In this document: piece after piece, positions 25,788 through 38,312 of the stretch
Layout of the letters: each line of letters opens with the position of its first letter
How positions within the stretch are numbered: the stretch's first letter is position 1
DNA from: Nemertoderma westbladi
Taxonomy: Eukaryota; Animalia; Xenacoelomorpha
DNA: 52,912 bases
Assembly (NCBI GenBank): GCA_032718475.1
Contig: JAUCBJ010000418.1
Span: 1 to 52,912, forward strand
Direction: 5' to 3'
Program-made: the position numbers and the translations under genes
The notes under the pieces: model-generated
Database searches by the model: none
The model's input: only the letters and a program-made list of their open reading frames with translations
What the model was told of the DNA's origin: nothing

Positions 25788-28700
25788 ATTTTAGATTGTA
25801 TGTTATGTTATGTAGTTATGTAGATTTTCACTTGTTCTCACAGAAAATCCAGATATTCTTGTGTTACAAGAACATTGGCTAGGTTCCAGAGAATCACTAT
25901 ACTACTTCAACCACAAACGGCTTCCAAAAGGCTACAAGTGTTCATACTCAGTAGCAGATGGTATGTTAAATACAAAAACAAGAGTGCGTGGGGAAGGGGG
26001 AGTAGCCATAATTACCAAAGAAGAAATTTATCAACATTGCTCAAAAATCCATACAGTCAGTGATCGCATAGTTGGACTATCAATTAAAGGCCTGTTTACC
26101 AAAGATATTGATCTTTTTGGAATATATATGCCTGCCAATTGTGGAGATCCCGAAAATAGGATACACTTCCTCGAAGTCTGTGCTAGCCTGAGTGCATCAT
26201 TACAGGACTCAATAGAAAAAGACTGTGAAATTATTATTGCTGGGGACATAAACTGCAATGTTCTTTCCAATATGCTATATAGTCAAGCTTCCAAAACTGG
26301 AGACTTTAAATATGTATTTAATGATCATATAATAAAGCCCTTTGGACTCGTAACAGTTAATACAACAAGGCCATCGGGTATCCAACCGGTGTCATACAGA
26401 TTTAAAAATATTTTTGGACAAGTCACTCGATCTTCATTAATAGACCATGTAGTGACATCAGTAAATATCTCTGCCTGCACAGAAACTAACAATGTTCTTG
26501 ACCCACAGCCACTTAATAAGTCAGACCACACAGCGGTATGGGTGACGTTCACACTAGATGAATCAGAAAATGTTACCAATACACAAAGCAATAATATTTG
26601 GAAGAAGAAAAGGTCTCCTGTTTATATGTTCAAAAGAGCAACGAAAGACCAGTTGTGTGAGTACAAAAACTGTGTTACAACTAAATTAAGGGATATAAAC
26701 CATAAATATAAAGAATCTGAATATGAGGAAGCTAATGCATCAAATTCAATGTCAAAAACACTAATTGGTGTTCTAAATGATGCTGCAAAGGATAACATAC
26801 CCGTAGTGTACCCACGTAGGCATAAATTTAAACCTGCATATGTTCCTAAACAAGCTGCTGCAAATTGGGGGCAACTAGATAAGCTGAAATCTTTGCACAA
26901 AACAGGTCAGAAAGTGACAATTGCAGATTTAGAATATAGAAGGCTAAAGAGTCGCTTAGAACAAAATGCATACTGGGAGCATATCCGTAACTTAACAGAT
27001 TCTTGCAAATCAAATCGCACTAAGTTTTGGAATCTGCTTAAGGCAGAAGGAAACACAAGCATGTCAGATGTCAATGCGAATAATCTGGTAAACCATTATA
27101 ATAAATGTTTCAATCCAAAGGAAATTGGGGAACAAACTTGGCATCCCAATGAGAAGACAACAGCAGATGCCTTGGGACATATTAAAGCATTTTCCTCAGC
27201 CGATGTAGACACTGCTATCCGCAAACTGAACATGGGTAAAGCAGCAGATAGTCACAACCTAGTTTCTGAACATCTAAGGGCTAGCCTCTCAGAAGAGCTA
27301 TGTTCTTATCTTGCCTCTCTATACAATACCATTCACAGATTAAAGTCATTCCCAGATGTTCTAACAACTAGCCTTCTTCTACCTCAACTAAAAAGTGGAA
27401 ATCGAGACATTTATAAAAATGGGAGCTACAGAGGTATCTCCGTTATATCCGTGCTGGCGAAAATCTGGGAAATAATGGTAGCAGATGACATAAAACGAAT
27501 TGACACAAGTCCACTACAAATGGGATATAAATCTGGTCATGGAACAGATATACCATACATGTTAGCTAACAAATTACTCAAGCACTTTAACAGGGAAGGT
27601 TCGAACGTTTATATAGTATCTCTTGATCTAACAAGTGCATTTGACACAGTAAACTACAAAAAACTGTTTGAAAAGTTGGAAAATACAAATATTGATAAAT
27701 CAATTCTGATAACGTTATATTCCTATTATATAAACTCGTGCGCGCTGATCTCAATTAATGGGAACATTACTAGGGAGTCAATCCACTTGAAATGTGGCGT
27801 CAGACAAGGTGGGGTATTGTCTCCCATCTTATTTAATATATATTTATCCGACTTATTTAACGAGCTTGAAATGTCTGGTATGGGATTACACATTAACAAA
27901 GAAGCTTATCCAGCTATAAGTTATGCTGACGATATACTTCTTATGGCGAACCTAAAGAGTGACATCCATGAGATAATGGCGATCTGCAAAACATATTTTT
28001 CAGCCCACAACCTAGTTCTAAACTCTAAGAAGTCGTGGTATGTAATAAGTAAAACAAAATCATGTTATAACGAATATAATGGAAATCTAGTCTTAAGTGA
28101 TGGCATAGTTATCCCAACAGCTGAATCTTGTAATTTCTTAGGTCTTCCATTACCAGCAACGAACCGAAATATCAGAGACCACTTTGTTAAGAAAATATGG
28201 AGTAATGTATCTACAATGAAAAATCGTGGGTTGACAGTTGACTCCGTACCACTAGATATAACAACAATGATATGGAAAACGATTCTTATCCCATCAGCTT
28301 TGTATGGAGCTGCCGCTATTCCATTGGCAATGTTAGAAGAACTCGATAAATATTGGAGGAAAGCAATGCGCTGTGTTTTACACGTAGGGAATTATTTATC
28401 TGATAATACAATTTATTACTATTTGGTTCTCAAGGACTAGGCAACTTAGTACTCCATGCATACTGCCGTACAATTTATGCAGCTTTCAACTGCAATAACA
28501 GAAAAGTAACTTATTTGTTTAGTCATGTGCTAACTCGGCACATGACTAGCCAAATTAAAGATAATATGTATGATGATTATGCAGTGGGATCTTTTAAATA
28601 TACTACACCTAGTTTACCATATCTCTGTTGCCACCGATATGATATTAAAGCAGTTAAGTCAACAGTATCCAGAATTTACCTACCGTGATCAGTTCAACAA

Positions 28701-29073
28701 GATCCTCATAAACTCCATCCTAAATGATGTTGAAACAAGTATATCATTGAAAAGGCAGTGTATCCTTGATTATTACGATAACAACTGGGTTTAACTTTAA
28801 GGAGGGGGGGGGGGGGGGGGGGGGGGGTGATGCTTTACGTCTTGGAGAGCTCCAGGTTTTGAAGGATTAATATTAAGGACGACACAATATTTTTAATTTG
28901 TATTGAATATGTTGTAATTGTGTTTCTCTTTCTTTGAGATGGTTCTTGTAATAAATTTTTTCTTTTATATTTGTGTGTATGACCATTTTATATATATTTT
29001 TTATTATCTGAGACCTATATATTGAATATATAATATAGCCACCGGGGCGCAAGCCGGGAATGAAATTGAAATG
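25788..29073 (+). mobile_element. Non-LTR retrotransposon (LINE B; RTE-X-like), near-complete APE-RT ORF2, 5'-truncated
   Basis: APE motifs PDILVLQEHWL, AGDIN, LIDHV and SDH; RT motifs LDLTSAFDTV, GVRQGGVLSP and YADD. C-terminus continues through two frameshifts to 28794. 3' stem-loop and tgaaattgaaatg tail. Probable 3-bp duplication agt. Confidence 0.93.
25861..28440 (+). CDS. LINE B ORF2: AP endonuclease + reverse transcriptase (N-truncated, frameshifted near C-terminus)
   Basis: 859-aa open frame with the APE and RT motifs above. Confidence 0.88.
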   Translation: MLQEHWLGSRESLYYFNHKRLPKGYKCSYSVADGMLNTKTRVRGEGGVAIITKEEIYQHCSKIHTVSDRIVGLSIKGLFTKDIDLFGIYMPANCGDPENRIHFLEVCASLSASLQDSIEKDCEIIIAGDINCNVLSNMLYSQASKTGDFKYVFNDHIIKPFGLVTVNTTRPSGIQPVSYRFKNIFGQVTRSSLIDHVVTSVNISACTETNNVLDPQPLNKSDHTAVWVTFTLDESENVTNTQSNNIWKKKRSPVYMFKRATKDQLCEYKNCVTTKLRDINHKYKESEYEEANASNSMSKTLIGVLNDAAKDNIPVVYPRRHKFKPAYVPKQAAANWGQLDKLKSLHKTGQKVTIADLEYRRLKSRLEQNAYWEHIRNLTDSCKSNRTKFWNLLKAEGNTSMSDVNANNLVNHYNKCFNPKEIGEQTWHPNEKTTADALGHIKAFSSADVDTAIRKLNMGKAADSHNLVSEHLRASLSEELCSYLASLYNTIHRLKSFPDVLTTSLLLPQLKSGNRDIYKNGSYRGISVISVLAKIWEIMVADDIKRIDTSPLQMGYKSGHGTDIPYMLANKLLKHFNREGSNVYIVSLDLTSAFDTVNYKKLFEKLENTNIDKSILITLYSYYINSCALISINGNITRESIHLKCGVRQGGVLSPILFNIYLSDLFNELEMSGMGLHINKEAYPAISYADDILLMANLKSDIHEIMAICKTYFSAHNLVLNSKKSWYVISKTKSCYNEYNGNLVLSDGIVIPTAESCNFLGLPLPATNRNIRDHFVKKIWSNVSTMKNRGLTVDSVPLDITTMIWKTILIPSALYGAAAIPLAMLEELDKYWRKAMRCVLHVGNYLSDNTIYYYLVLKD

Positions 29074-31465
29074 AGTTGAGTTGTGGTTGCTGCGCAGATC
29101 AAGGTAGATGAGTGGTGGTTGCTACGCATATCAAGGTAGATGAGAGGTGGTTGCTGCGCAGATCAAGGTAGATGAGTGGAGGTTGCTGCGCAGATCAAGG
29201 TAGATAGTTGTGGTTGCTGCGCAGATCAAGGTAGTTGAGTTGTGGTTGCTGCGCAGATCAAGGTAGTTGAGTTGTGGTTGCTGCGCAGATCAAGGTAGTT
29301 GAGTGGTGGTTGCTGCGCAGATCAAGGTAGATGAGTGGTGGTTGCTGCGCAGATCAAGGTAGATAGTTGTGGTTGCTGCGCAGATCAAGGTAGATGAGTT
29401 GTGGTTGCTGTGCAGATCAAGGTAGTTGAGTTGTGGTTGCTGCGCAGATCAAGGTAGATGAGTTGTGGTTGCTGCGCAGATCAAGGTAGATGAGAGGTGG
29501 TTGCTGCGCATATCAAGGTAGATGAGTTGTGGTTGCTGCGCAGATCAAGGTAGATAGTTGTGGTTGCTGCGCAGATCAAGGTAGATGAGTTGTGGTTGCT
29601 GCGCAGATCAAGGTAGTTGAGTTGCGGTTGCTGCGCAGATCAAGGTAGTTGAGTGGTGGTTGCTGCGCAGATCAAGGTAGATGAGTAGTGGTTGCTGCGC
29701 AGATCAAGGTAGATGAGTTGTGGTTGCTGCGCTGATCAAGGTAGATGAGTTGTGGTTGCTGCGCAGATCAAGGTATATGAGTGGTGGTTGCTGCGCAGAT
29801 CAAGGTAGATGAGTTGTGGTTGCTGCGCAGATCAAGGTAGATGAGTGGTGGTTGCTGCGCAGATCAAGGTAGATGAGTTGTGGTTGCTGCGCAGATCAAG
29901 GTAGATGAGTTGTGGTTGCTGCGCAGATCAAGGTAGTTGAGTGGTGGTTGCTGCGCAGATCAAGGTAGATGAGTTGTGGGTGCTGCGCAGATCAAGGTAG
30001 ATGAGTTGTGGTTGCTGCGCAGATCAAGGTAGATGAGTTGTGGTTGCTGCGCAGATCAAAGTAGATGAGTGGTGGTTGCTGCGCATATCAAGGTAGATGA
30101 GTAGTGGTTGCTGCGCTGATTAACGTAGGTGAGTGGTGGTTGCTGCGCATATCAAGGTAGATGAGTGGTGGTTGCTGCGCAGATTAACGTAGATGAGTGG
30201 TGGTTGCTGCGCAGATCAAGGTAGATAGTTGTGGTTGCTGCGCAGATCAAGGTAGATGAGTTGTGGTTGCTGCGCAGATCAAGGTAGATAGTTGTGGTTG
30301 CTGCGCAGATCAAGGTAGATGAGTTGTGGTTGCTGCGCAGATCAAGGTAGTTGAGTTGCGGTTGCTGCGCAGATCAAGGTAGTTGAGTGGTGGTTGCTGC
30401 GCAGATCAAGGTAGATGAGTAGTGGTTGCTGCGCAGATCAAGGTAGATGAGTTGTGGTTGCTGCGCTGATCAAGGTAGATGAGTTGTGGTTGCTGCGCAG
30501 ATCAAGGTATATGAGTGGTGGTTGCTGCGCAGATCAAGGTAGATGAGTTGTGGTTGCTGCGCAGATCAAGGTAGATGAGTGGTGGTTGCTGCGCAGATCA
30601 AGGTAGATGAGTTGTGGTTGCTGCGCAGATCAAGGTAGATGAGTTGTGGTTGCTGCGCAGATCAAGGTAGTTGAGTGGTGGTTGCTGCGCAGATCAAGGT
30701 AGATGAGTTGTGGGTGCTGCGCAGATCAAGGTAGATGAGTTGTGGTTGCTGCGCAGATCAAAGTAGATGAGTGGTGGTTGCTGCGCATATCAAGGTAGAT
30801 GAGTAGTGGTTGCTGCGCTGATTAACGTAGGTGAGTGGTGGTTGCTGCGCATATCAAGGTAGATGAGTGGTGGTTGCTGCGCAGATTAACGTAGATGAGT
30901 GGTGGTTGCTGCGCAGATCAAGGTAGATAGTTGTGGTTGCTGCGCAGATCAAGGTAGATGAGTTGTGGTTGCTGCGCAGATCAAGGTAGTTGAGTGGTGG
31001 TTGCTGCGCAGATCAAGGTAGATGAGTTGTGGTTGCTGCGCAGATCAAGGTAGATGAGTTGTGGTTGCTGCACAGATCAAGGTAGATGAGTTGTGGTTGC
31101 TGCGCAGATCAAGGTATATGAGTGGTGGTTGCTGTGCAGATCAAGGTAGATGAGTGGTGGTTGCTGCGCAGATCAAGGTAGATGAGTTGTGGTTGCTGCG
31201 CAGATCAAGGTAGATGAGTTGTGGTTGCTGTGCAGATCAAGGTAGATGAGTGGTGGCTGCTGCTCAGATCAAGGTAGATGAGTGGTGGTTGCTGTGCAGA
31301 TCAAGGTAGATGAGTGGTGGTTGCTGCGCATATCAAGGTAGATGAGTGGTGGTTGCTGCTCAGATCAAGGTAGATGAGTTGTGGTTGCTGCGCAGATCAA
31401 GATAGATGAGTGGTGGCTGCTGCTCAGATCAAGGTAGATGAGTGGTGGTTGCTGCGCAGATCAAG
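29074..31465. repeat. 32-bp satellite, block 3
   Basis: ~75 copies of the same unit, with an internal ~700-bp block duplication. Confidence 0.97.
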
Positions 31466-32330
31466 CGATTCTGAATTTGGCACTCTTTTCAATGAGAATA
31501 TCACAGACACTTTTGACCTAAACCCAACCACAGTCGAATCACATTCAGTCGTGCCACGGGCATGATATAGATTTAGAAATAAACTGGGAAATGTAATCAG
31601 AAAATCTTTTATAGATCACATTGTAGTATCAAATGACATGTTTGACAGCCTTTTATTCACCAAAGTCTTTAATACTGATGATGATAATGTATCTGACCAT
31701 GTCCCAGTATATTCAACCTTCTACACAAATCTTGCCCAAACGGCAGGGGACTTTAGAGGGACTGAGAGTAAATGGGGGAGACATACAAAACCTGTATTTT
31801 TGTTTGGGAGAGCAACTAAGAATGACATAGAAAATTATCAAGAAGAGGTATGTCGCTCCTTGAAAATATGCTGTGATTGGGCATCTGCAGAAACACAGAT
31901 CACGAGGGACAACATTGAGCTCCGAGCCAATGGATTGATCGACATTTTGTATCAAGCAGCTAGAAAGAAGAACATCCGACATGTATTTCCAAGACACCAT
32001 AAGGGACGCAGGAACCGGCAAAACACAAGACCCTTGGATCATAATTGGCACTTAATGAAAGGGAAGATAACAATGGGCAATAAGGATGATTGGAATCCTT
32101 CAATATCACTGCTAGAGAACAAAAGAATGACGCACCGAGTAGAGACTCATAAATACTGGCAACATATAAGGAATTTGGCTAACGATTGTCGTTCGAGTTA
32201 CAACAGATTCTGGTATAGATTGAAGTCAGAGAACAGTGTTGCTATGACTGATGTCCATAGGGACCAATTTTACTCAGACTATATGGGAAGATTCAGCATA
32301 AAGAGTTACCCATTATCAAGATTATCATGA
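31466..32330 (+). pseudogene. LINE C fragment: APE C-terminus and linker, paralogous to LINE B
   Basis: YRFRNKLGNVIRKSFIDHIV..SDHVPV..PVFLFGRATK..YWQHIRNLANDC aligns with LINE B YRFKNIFGQVTRSSLIDHVV..SDHTAV..PVYMFKRATK..YWEHIRNLTDSC. Truncated at both ends. Confidence 0.88.
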
Positions 32331-32946
32331 TAATTAGCTAATAGCATCAAATTTGTTAAAAAAATTTTAATTTTTATTGAACTTAATTTAATTTTTAAAT
32401 GATATTGAAATTAGCTAATGTATAACGGGTGAACCTGCATTAACTTACCTACAGGAGGAGTATGAGTCAGAATTGAAGCAAGAGAAAAAATCGTACGATG
32501 TAGTTAACCATTTCCCAACCATGGACTACATGGTAGTACATGCAGGGACTGTTCCATGGACTACATGGTGGTAGTCCATGGGTTTTATACTGACATTTAG
32601 GCATTCCTATGACGTTGGAACACAAACTGGTGTGTTTTATAGGCAACTGGAGCAGTTAATAAGTAAAAAAAATATAATTTTATATTACTGTAGTAGGCCT
32701 ACCAGACCAGGCTGCCCTAGCAACATAAATTTGAAAATGCTGAATTACGGCACTGCTACAGCAGAACAGCTCAATATAGTGCCTTACTGCATACTGTCTT
32801 AGCTGCGCACTTGATGTAAAGTGTCAAGTTTGTACCGAAACTAGCGGAATCCGCCAAGAAGCTGGCTGCAAGATCGATAATGAGGATGATGATGACGACA
32901 CCGACAATCAGCAGCATCAGACAATGACGGAATGAAGCATGCAGGG

Positions 32947-35251
32947 TGTTCGCGCTTTCAGACCTTTGGCAGTTTAACCCGCCAAATTAAGATGTCTTCT
33001 AGATATTAAATCGCTTTTTAGCCTATGACAAGTATTTGATTCACTACACTAGTCGAAACCAATCCGTGCGCGACCATTCACCCGCTGGATATTCCCGGGA
33101 GATTGGGTTCGACGGTTTAATTTTATTGCTATGTAAGCCTAATGTATTATTCGACTGACAGTATTATATAATCTCTGACAATATTATTCACCTTCGGTAA
33201 TATTAACAGTTCCTTTAGGACGTGGCGCTTTATCTATATAAACAGAGTTATGACTTAAACTACTCACAACGATATGGCTTAATTATAATTCACATATATG
33301 GCGCATTCTTTAGGAATTGCTTCTTTAACAGACTCACTCATACACAATGCTGCACAATACTGCACACTAATCTGCCAATCTTCACTGATTTTAGTCACAT
33401 ATAAAAGGAACACAGACTGACTCATGTAGGGTCTATCAAATAACATTAGATTCACTTCAAACCACTTTAACATAAGTCACAATAGTTATTGGTAACCTTT
33501 CTCTCTTACCTTCGGTCAGGGCCGGATTAAGGTTATCAGGGCTGTGGGCTGAGTAATAAAAAGGGCCATTTCCGACGGCTGAAAAATAACATGAAAACTA
33601 TACTGTATACAGTAATATGTAGGCCCTACTGTAATTTAGTACACCGGTTAGCAAGTTAATGTTACTGACTAAAACTAAACTAAAAAAAACTGAAACAAAA
33701 ATGAAACTAAAAATACTGACTTTAAGTCCTTTAATTGTCATTAATTGTCCGTCCAGCGGGGGTCAATATTATTGGATGGTCTCAATACAATCAGGGCTGC
33801 TTTAACCTTTTCAAGTCCTCTGGGCAGTAAATTTCAAATTTTGACCAAAATTTCTAACTTTCTTAATTCCGAATTTGCGACAGTTAGTTGACGGGAAACT
33901 GTAATTTTAAGTGGTACCGGTATTAAACGAACCTGTGAATCAACTTTCGAGTCATTTTAGTATCCATCCATGTTTATAGTGAACATAGCCGAAATTTTAC
34001 TGAAATATCGTCAAATGGCCCGTATTCTTAACCAAATTATAAACGTATTAGTCCCACCGTGGCATATTATCAGTTTAGTTTGGCAATTTGAACGAATTGA
34101 ATTTCTAACAAATTCTCCTAACAATAAACGATAACGTGAACGAACACATATTTAGGGCTTCCTTCCTTCCGTTTATGAGGATTTGCACAGCAGTTAAATT
34201 AGTGGAACTACTGTAAATCATTCCTCCTAGCGGCTGACAGAGGAAATATAGATGTCTGTCAGTGAGTAGAATTTCTAAACCTCTGATAGACTAATTATAC
34301 CGCTACACAAAATGTTTATCTAGACTATATAGCTCGTTATATATTGTAAACGCGAGCGAAGCGTGCGGAAATTTTTTATAAATCTGTTCATAACTTTGTG
34401 ATTTAAATGGAATTTAGGTACCGAGTTGGGCTTTTCTTTTAAAGATTACCTTCAGATTGTATTACTCAGCCACTCATCAGTTATTTTCGAATTTGGGGCC
34501 CCTTTCAAGACAGGGCCCCTAGGCTACAGTAGTAAGTTTTTGAGGGGCCGGTACAGTCGCTTGGGCCGTGGGCTTCAGCCCACACAGCCTCCCCCTTAAT
34601 CCAGGCCTGCCTTCGGTATATCAAGAATATTGGGTTTTCGGGGTTATTTCTCGTTATTCCAATATAATAATTCATCAACAAATATAATGAATAACCGACA
34701 ACAAATAGCAGTATACAGTATCGATTGAGCAGGTAATTTTAGCAGTTTCAGCAGTTATACGTCAGTTATTAAAAGCCGTGTGCCGTGTGTGTCAAATGCG
34801 TTAAAGGATATATGTCCTTATAATTAAACCTACTAGTGTTGAGCTAAAAAGCAGAAAGCATAAAACACTACAAAGCCGTTCTTTCGTGGCTTTTAAAAAC
34901 TCGTGACTACTGCTCTATACGAGGATACCAACTACCCTTATTCCACGAAGCTCCCGTTCAACACAGAGAAAGAGCAGTGAGATAGGAAAATTTCAGTTCA
35001 GTAGCTCTGTGATAGGTCAAAATCAAGGCTAACTCAAATTCTATTGGGAGATACAAAAACAAGGCTATGACGCAACCTGCCTAGGCTGGTTGGCCGATTA
35101 AACAGAGCCCAGATACCTGCGTACAGCAAATCAGCCAATAAGCTGGTAGCTTGCACTATTTTAGCTATAGATCCCTTTAGAGTATTCTAGCGACCGGGGT
35201 GGAACTGGCCAACAAGGCAAACGAATCAGTTATCCCACAAAAGCTTTTACA
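32947..35251 (-). repeat. 3' LTR of the BEL element (interrupted by a hAT insertion)
   Basis: Matches 45588-46791 after removing 33517-34609 plus one TSD (2305-1101=1204 bp). About six substitutions seen by eye. Confidence 0.95.
33517..34609. mobile_element. Non-autonomous hAT element, 1093 bp
   Basis: TIRs cagggccggattaagg / ccttaatccaggcctg (14/16) and 8-bp TSD ccttcggt. Empty site present in the other LTR. Confidence 0.93.
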
Positions 35252-38200
35252 CCGCTCCCAGAAAATGGGATTTAAGTCTATAAAATATACAAAATCACAG
35301 TTTCTAATATACATAAATACTCTAAACAGTTAGTCTTTCTTGCGCGGACGGCGTTTACGCAGTTTTTTAAAGCTAGCAAGAGTCATTTTCTCTTTGGGGG
35401 AAGCCACTTTACTAGGAGGGCCATAACTCCTGGGTGAAGGGTGCAATATGATTGCATTAAAAGGTTTGGGTTTACGGTCGGTGTCTCGTCCATTTCGATA
35501 TGCTTCTCCTCGAGCTGATTTTCCTCCGCTTGTCATGGGATACGTTCGTCCAAAACTCTCGCAGAGAATAGGGTTTTCTAAGCTTGATATCTTCTTTGAG
35601 ATTCGAGGTTTCCCAATCGAACTGAGATAAGGCCAATTCGTTTATCGATGGGACTTACTGTTATAACTTACGTTTATCTGAACAAACGCAGGTTTCTTTT
35701 TTGATCTTTATAGAATAGCGTTTAACTCGTTTCGTACAACGCTCTCCTTCACCTTGATGAAGGGTTGTATCGCATTAAACGGGACGACCATACGGTTGGA
35801 TAGTGATATTAGGTGTCTGCGTCATAATCCAGCTAGGTAAGATGGGCGGCTAGCTAGAAATCACTGTCGGAGTATTACCGATTAATTGTTAGGGTAGCAC
35901 TAGATCTTGAACAGTGAATACCGTCCGCGAGGATCAGCGATACCACCAGGATCGCAGGTCTGAGGTCCAACTAAGGAATGAGGAGGTTTGACCGAGTATT
36001 CCGGGACTCTGATCGTAGGTTTACTCTAGGATCGTTAGAGCCGAGTGAGCATAGGTGATACGTCAAACAAGTTTCGCTCGAAAATCCAGTAAATATAACG
36101 AACACAACTGTGTTTAACACAACGTTTCCGTGGATGTTTATGTCTTTCCGTTTATTGGCTGGGTCTAGGGCATTTACCGTAATAATACCAAAGACGCACG
36201 TCTGGTAGGGGAAACGCGGATGATATTTATTTGTTGTTACAATGCTTTTATCAAGAATTCCAAATATATGTTGGAGTTACCGCGTTTATTTGTTTCTTTA
36301 ATGTCTTTTCTTTCAAGCCGATTTCGAATAGAATTTTCGCATTCGAATTTCAGTTTATGGTTCCGACTCCGCTGGGCAGGATATATAGTCGACATAGTCC
36401 GTATTGTGTAAATTGATAGAATGACCAGTAGTTAAGAAGCCCATATACGTACCATTACGCTGCGTATATCGAGCAGTGAATTTCTTATAGTCCAACTCAC
36501 GTGTAAGCTGCTCTTGGGACATTGGCGGTTCGATATAACGACCATCATCCTTCGTAGTAGTTGGACTAGTATCACCGCGTATCAAGCTATCAACAAACGT
36601 TTGAAAGTAGAATATATCGTTCCCCGATACCAAGACCATCTTCTATCAACTCCGTCATATCTGCTATATATGAGTTCATCCATATTATAATGAGTTTATA
36701 TTTAGGCGAGCGGGCGTCGCTGCCTACCCCAATCAACCCCCGGACAGTACGAGATCCTCAGCGCCGATGTGTCGTCGCCGCTGTACTTTCGCAAACGACG
36801 TAGCCGCACAACGACAACGACAACCGGCACAAGTCACTCAACTGTCCGTCCCAAAGGCTTAGATGTACTTCAGGTTTTCCTTGGAGAGTTAGGTTACTTT
36901 TACGATTGCGACTAGCTACTGTAAACACACCTTAGTAGTAACATTCGCCTATAAACTCACAAATACCACACACACAACTTGTCACAAATTACACACACTC
37001 GGGTCACTTGTCCGTTAGTCAATGCCTTCCAGAATGTCACTGTATTATTATGTATCCTTGGATACTATCAGTGCACTATTTATTCCCTATGCTATTCAAT
37101 GGGACAAGCTTTCTATTGTTCTTTTAACTCAATTCTAATTCTAGCGTGGTTGTTGCTATGGTGACATTATGCAAAGCTAGCGGTAGAATTAGGGTAATTC
37201 CAATGCATACAGATCTGGGATGTTATTTAATAGTATTCTTTAATAGTCAATGTTCTGTTTTATACATGACTTTATGAATTTTATCGGCTATTGACTATGT
37301 TTGGGAGACTTTCGCACACTCATACGCATGATAAGATAAATCTCCGCTCCCTTGATCTATTAATTAATGGAATTTTGGGAACTTTATAAGTTGCGTAAAA
37401 ATGGCAATTTATTAAATTCATTAAAAGGCATGAATTTAAATTTATTCCCTGAAATTTTATTATTTGATAATTAAATGGACATATTTTGATTCTAGAACAT
37501 GTCTAGGGACACAAGATCCTTAATTCTATGACAATTGTCTTTTTTAAGAATATCGGTAAATGCTACGATATCTTAATTGACTAGAATTGTTGAAGGATCT
37601 GAATTTTACAGATTTTGACTTATTAGATTTGCAAATATTAAATAATTAATATTTGAGATGGGCACCGATTTATTCCAGAACTTGTCTGGGGACGTTAACC
37701 ACTGATTCTAGAATTTGTCTTTCAAGTATATCGGTGGGTGCCGCGATATCTTAATCGACTAGAATTACAGATGGTCAAAGGGTTTAACAGATTTATTTTG
37801 CGTTATACGCTACTGTTAAAGGGACATCACGCTACTATATGTATTATTTAATATACGGTATGAGAGCAATATCGCACGAAGCAATGTCAGTGTGAAGAGG
37901 CAAGTCGTTTCCAAGGTCTACCCAGAGCTTGGTTTAGCCGAGACACGAGGATCTGAACTTTGCATTCCTAATACTCTGCCTACCAATAATACTTAAATAT
38001 AGTAGTGGCTTTATTGTACTTTAATAAGTACGGACATTTCATCTTATTGTAGTTACGTATTTGTAATGTAATACGGACAGTAAGGAAGAAGGAAAATAAT
38101 TATTTCTTGCCGTCGCACTAAATATAATATATACGTAATTACGTACGCAATAAACACAAATATATTGCACTATTCTACTAAATAATCGCTAAATAAGATT

Positions 38201-38312
38201 CTACTAAATTAAATAAAACGATTATAATAAAATTACGTAGTAATACATACATAAATATAAAAATAATAAAATAATATAAAATAATAGAGTCACACACCCA
38301 CTCCATATGTTG

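Noticed and set aside
25815-25845. Splice-acceptor-like tract before LINE B ORF suggesting a domesticated exon
   Set aside because: The frame continues through it as plausible APE sequence (SLVLTENPDIL), and the element is frameshifted with a normal LINE tail.
1800-31465. CRISPR-like appearance of the short semi-palindromic and 32-bp arrays
   Set aside because: Units are head-to-tail with no unique spacers, there are no cas genes, and the context is eukaryotic.
36745-36800. Hammerhead-like GAAA ... CTGAGGA on the minus strand
   Set aside because: Could not build stems I-III around the core, and the base after CUGANGA does not fit.
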